From positions 24,059,181-24,123,180 of the forward strand of contig NC_083412.1 of assembly GCF_020745735.1 (NCBI RefSeq): a stretch of DNA of 64,000 bases, in the 5' to 3' direction. The notes under the pieces are model-generated. The model saw only the letters and a list, made by a program, of their open reading frames with translations, did not search any database and was not told where the DNA came from. A program made the translations under genes and the position numbers. The number at the start of each line of letters is the position of its first letter. The stretch's first letter is position 1. Below are positions 61,701-64,000 of this stretch, piece by piece. The DNA comes from Hemiscyllium ocellatum (lineage: Eukaryota).

Positions 61701-62484
61701 TGATTAATTCCACCTCTCTCTTCCCCCCCCCCCCCCCCCAACAAAATATTCTGAGATGTGGCAGCTTTTTCAACTTCCTTCGCTAACTCTTATATTTCTT
61801 TTCCCCACACCAGGCAGGTTTCCAGTTATTTTGGGGCAAAGTCTCTTCATTTGAAGGATGTCTGAACTTGAACTGTTTTTACTGTCCACAGTGTTAGGGG
61901 CGGTTGTCAAATCGTGCGATTTTTGTTCCCCCAGCGTTGCCTATTGTTAGAACTGCCCCCCTCCCCTTTCCCCACCCAAATAGAGGAAATTCCACATCCA
62001 CATCCTGCTTTTAATTTTTTTGTGTGTGCTTTCCCTGTCGTTTTTTTTCTGCTGTTCAGACTGATAGTAATGCAATTGGAATATTCACTTTCTTTAGGCA
62101 TATGGGTCAGTGTACATCAGACACATTCTTAGCTTATCTGTGTCTCCATTTTTTGTATCTTTTAAAAAGATTACATTCTCAGTTGCTTATTCTTGGTTGT
62201 AAGGGGGAGGAGTAAAGTGGAGGTTATGTGGAGATATCCCACGATAAACAGGCCATTATGGATATGTGGAGCTATCCTGCTATCTTTCAGATGGCATTTA
62301 TTACAAAGCTGAAAAAACTATTTGTTTCGAAGAGCTGGAATTATGAACATGATGTACAAATTGTTTAATGTACATTTGAATACTTTCAGCATGGCAACCC
62401 TCCAACCGACGTGTTTTCATATCAGTGTTTTATAGTGCTAGCCTGTCGGCATTTTTATAGTCCAGGAGATGTAGTCTTTAAAAG

Positions 62485-62830
62485 TTTATTTGCCTTTCCT
62501 GACCTCAGGATGTCCCAGAATGCTCCAGAACTATCGAAGTACTTTTGAAGTATAGCCCTTGTTGTCATAGTTTACTTTTGACTTATTTTCTTAAAATTGC
62601 TTAACTTGTCATGAATTCTATTGAATAATCTTAATTAGTCGATATGTTTAATATCATCTGCTTCTCACTTTTTTTCCTTGGGTTCTTATTCATTGCTGTT
62701 CATGAGAACTTGCTGTGTGTAAATTGGTTGCTATATTTCCTACATTACAGTGGTGACCCAACTCTGAAAGTACTTCGCTGGTTCTCAAGTGCTTTGAAAT
62801 GTCCTGAGGTTATGAAAACTTCTTTTTAAA
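62485..62830. mobile_element. Two DeuSINE 3' fragments in inverted orientation in WWC3 intron 1
   Basis: gacctcaggatgtccc...aagtacttttgaag (-) and aaagtacttcgctgg...tgtcctgaggttatgaaa (+). Confidence 0.55.
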
Positions 62831-63689
62831 AGCAAATTCACTTTTTTTCTTTTAGACATGAAACTAAGAGTGAAATATGGGAAACGTTACAATCTGAAGT
62901 CTGGGAGCAAAGTGTTCCTCTTGTTCACCTCCAATGTGAAAGCTGATTTTTAAAAATTATTTATATATTAACAGTTACGGATATATTTGAGAAACAATGG
63001 CATTTTTCTAAATATGCTGAACCTAATGTTTTTCAAAGGCAAAATTGTGGAAGTTTCCACGTCAGGTGTTTATAAGCAAACACTGGTGAGCAAAACACCC
63101 AGTATGGGAGACTAGATTACTTAATTCTTGATATGATGTTCTGTGATTCTTGAAGTGTCAATGTTTTAAAGTGTACAGCATATATAAAGTTCATCTGTTA
63201 ATATTACATGTTGTAGTATTTAACAGTTTGTTCTATGCATAAAGGAGCCTCATCAGACTCTGATTCTTACTGGATATTTTGTTGGCCATGTCTTGAATAC
63301 TTTAAGGATTAAAAATTAAAACGAGAAATTAAATTATTAGCATGCTTCTGATTCACTACAGCACGATAAGTAAAGACAGATTTGTTCTTGCACATCACAG
63401 TTACATAAATAAATCTGTCTCATCTGCTCTTGGTGTGTGTTATATAATTAGAAATAGATTAGATCGACATGAAAAACGTGGGCAATGTACAGTATATGAT
63501 ACAAATAGAATTCATGTAGTTGTCATTTTGTGCAGCTGTAAATCCAAATATATAAATCTGAATTGTCATATTATGTATAACAAGAAATGTGATTAAATTT
63601 TTTTTGAAATGTCGAACTGAAAGTAGCTATTGCAAACTCTTAAAATTTATGAAAATATTTACATTTAACTGTGAATATACGAGACTTTG

Positions 63690-64000
63690 GCAGGAGATGA
63701 GGGTTTTCATTATATGGAGATGTTGTGATTGATCTCTTTTGAGCAGAGAGGATTGAATTAAGTTGCTCAAAATTATGAAAGGTTTTGACAGATAATAAGT
63801 AAGGAGAAATTGTTCCTATTGACAAGAGGAGCTGTAACCAGAGGACACCAATTTGAGAACATTAGCCGAGTACTGGGGTCGAAGAGGAAATGTTTTTCTT
63901 TCCACACTTGAGTTGTCATCATCAGTAATGTCCAGCCTTAAAAAGTCATTAAAAATAGATTCAGTTTTGAAAGGGAAATGAATATATATTTGAAAGGGAA
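63690..64000 (+). mobile_element. Old CR1 3' fragment (runs off the window); similar old fragments at about 13280-13600, 19480-19900 and 27770-28140
   Basis: aaaattatgaaaggttttgacaga...taaccagaggacac (KIMKGFD..TRGH). Confidence 0.55.

Noticed and set aside
1-64000. CRISPR arrays, operons or other prokaryotic systems
   Set aside because: Spliced vertebrate genes and vertebrate retroelements throughout, with no regularly spaced direct repeats.

Overview
This is vertebrate genomic DNA from a cartilaginous fish, probably a shark, inferred from HE1-type V-SINEs, SacSINE1-type DeuSINEs and HER1/CR1 LINEs. The gene order matches human Xp22: the last two coding exons of SHROOM2 (+, 378-650 and 4391-4660), claudin-34 (+, 12246-13073), and the first coding exon (WW1) of a WWC/KIBRA gene, WWC3 by synteny (+, 61250-61380). 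A second, convergent claudin of the CLDN22/24/25 type (-, 23009-23653) has no counterpart I know of at the human locus. Most of the rest is retroelement debris (CR1, L2, RTE, Tx1-like, Penelope, several SINEs), plus one Tc1/pogo-type MITE and a 131-N gap. The most notable non-genic signal is a set of minimal hammerhead-ribozyme motifs in four sequence families. They occur at the 3' ends of Penelope-like elements and in 100-240 bp non-coding insertions, often palindromic, several flanked by target-site duplications. Other points: a Penelope copy nested in a CR1 with an 11-bp TSD that creates an in-frame chimeric ORF, a 41-bp locally templated insertion, candidate CTCF sites, and uORFs plus TEAD motifs at WWC3. 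Gene and repeat names come from recalled sequence similarity, not searches, and repeat boundaries are approximate.
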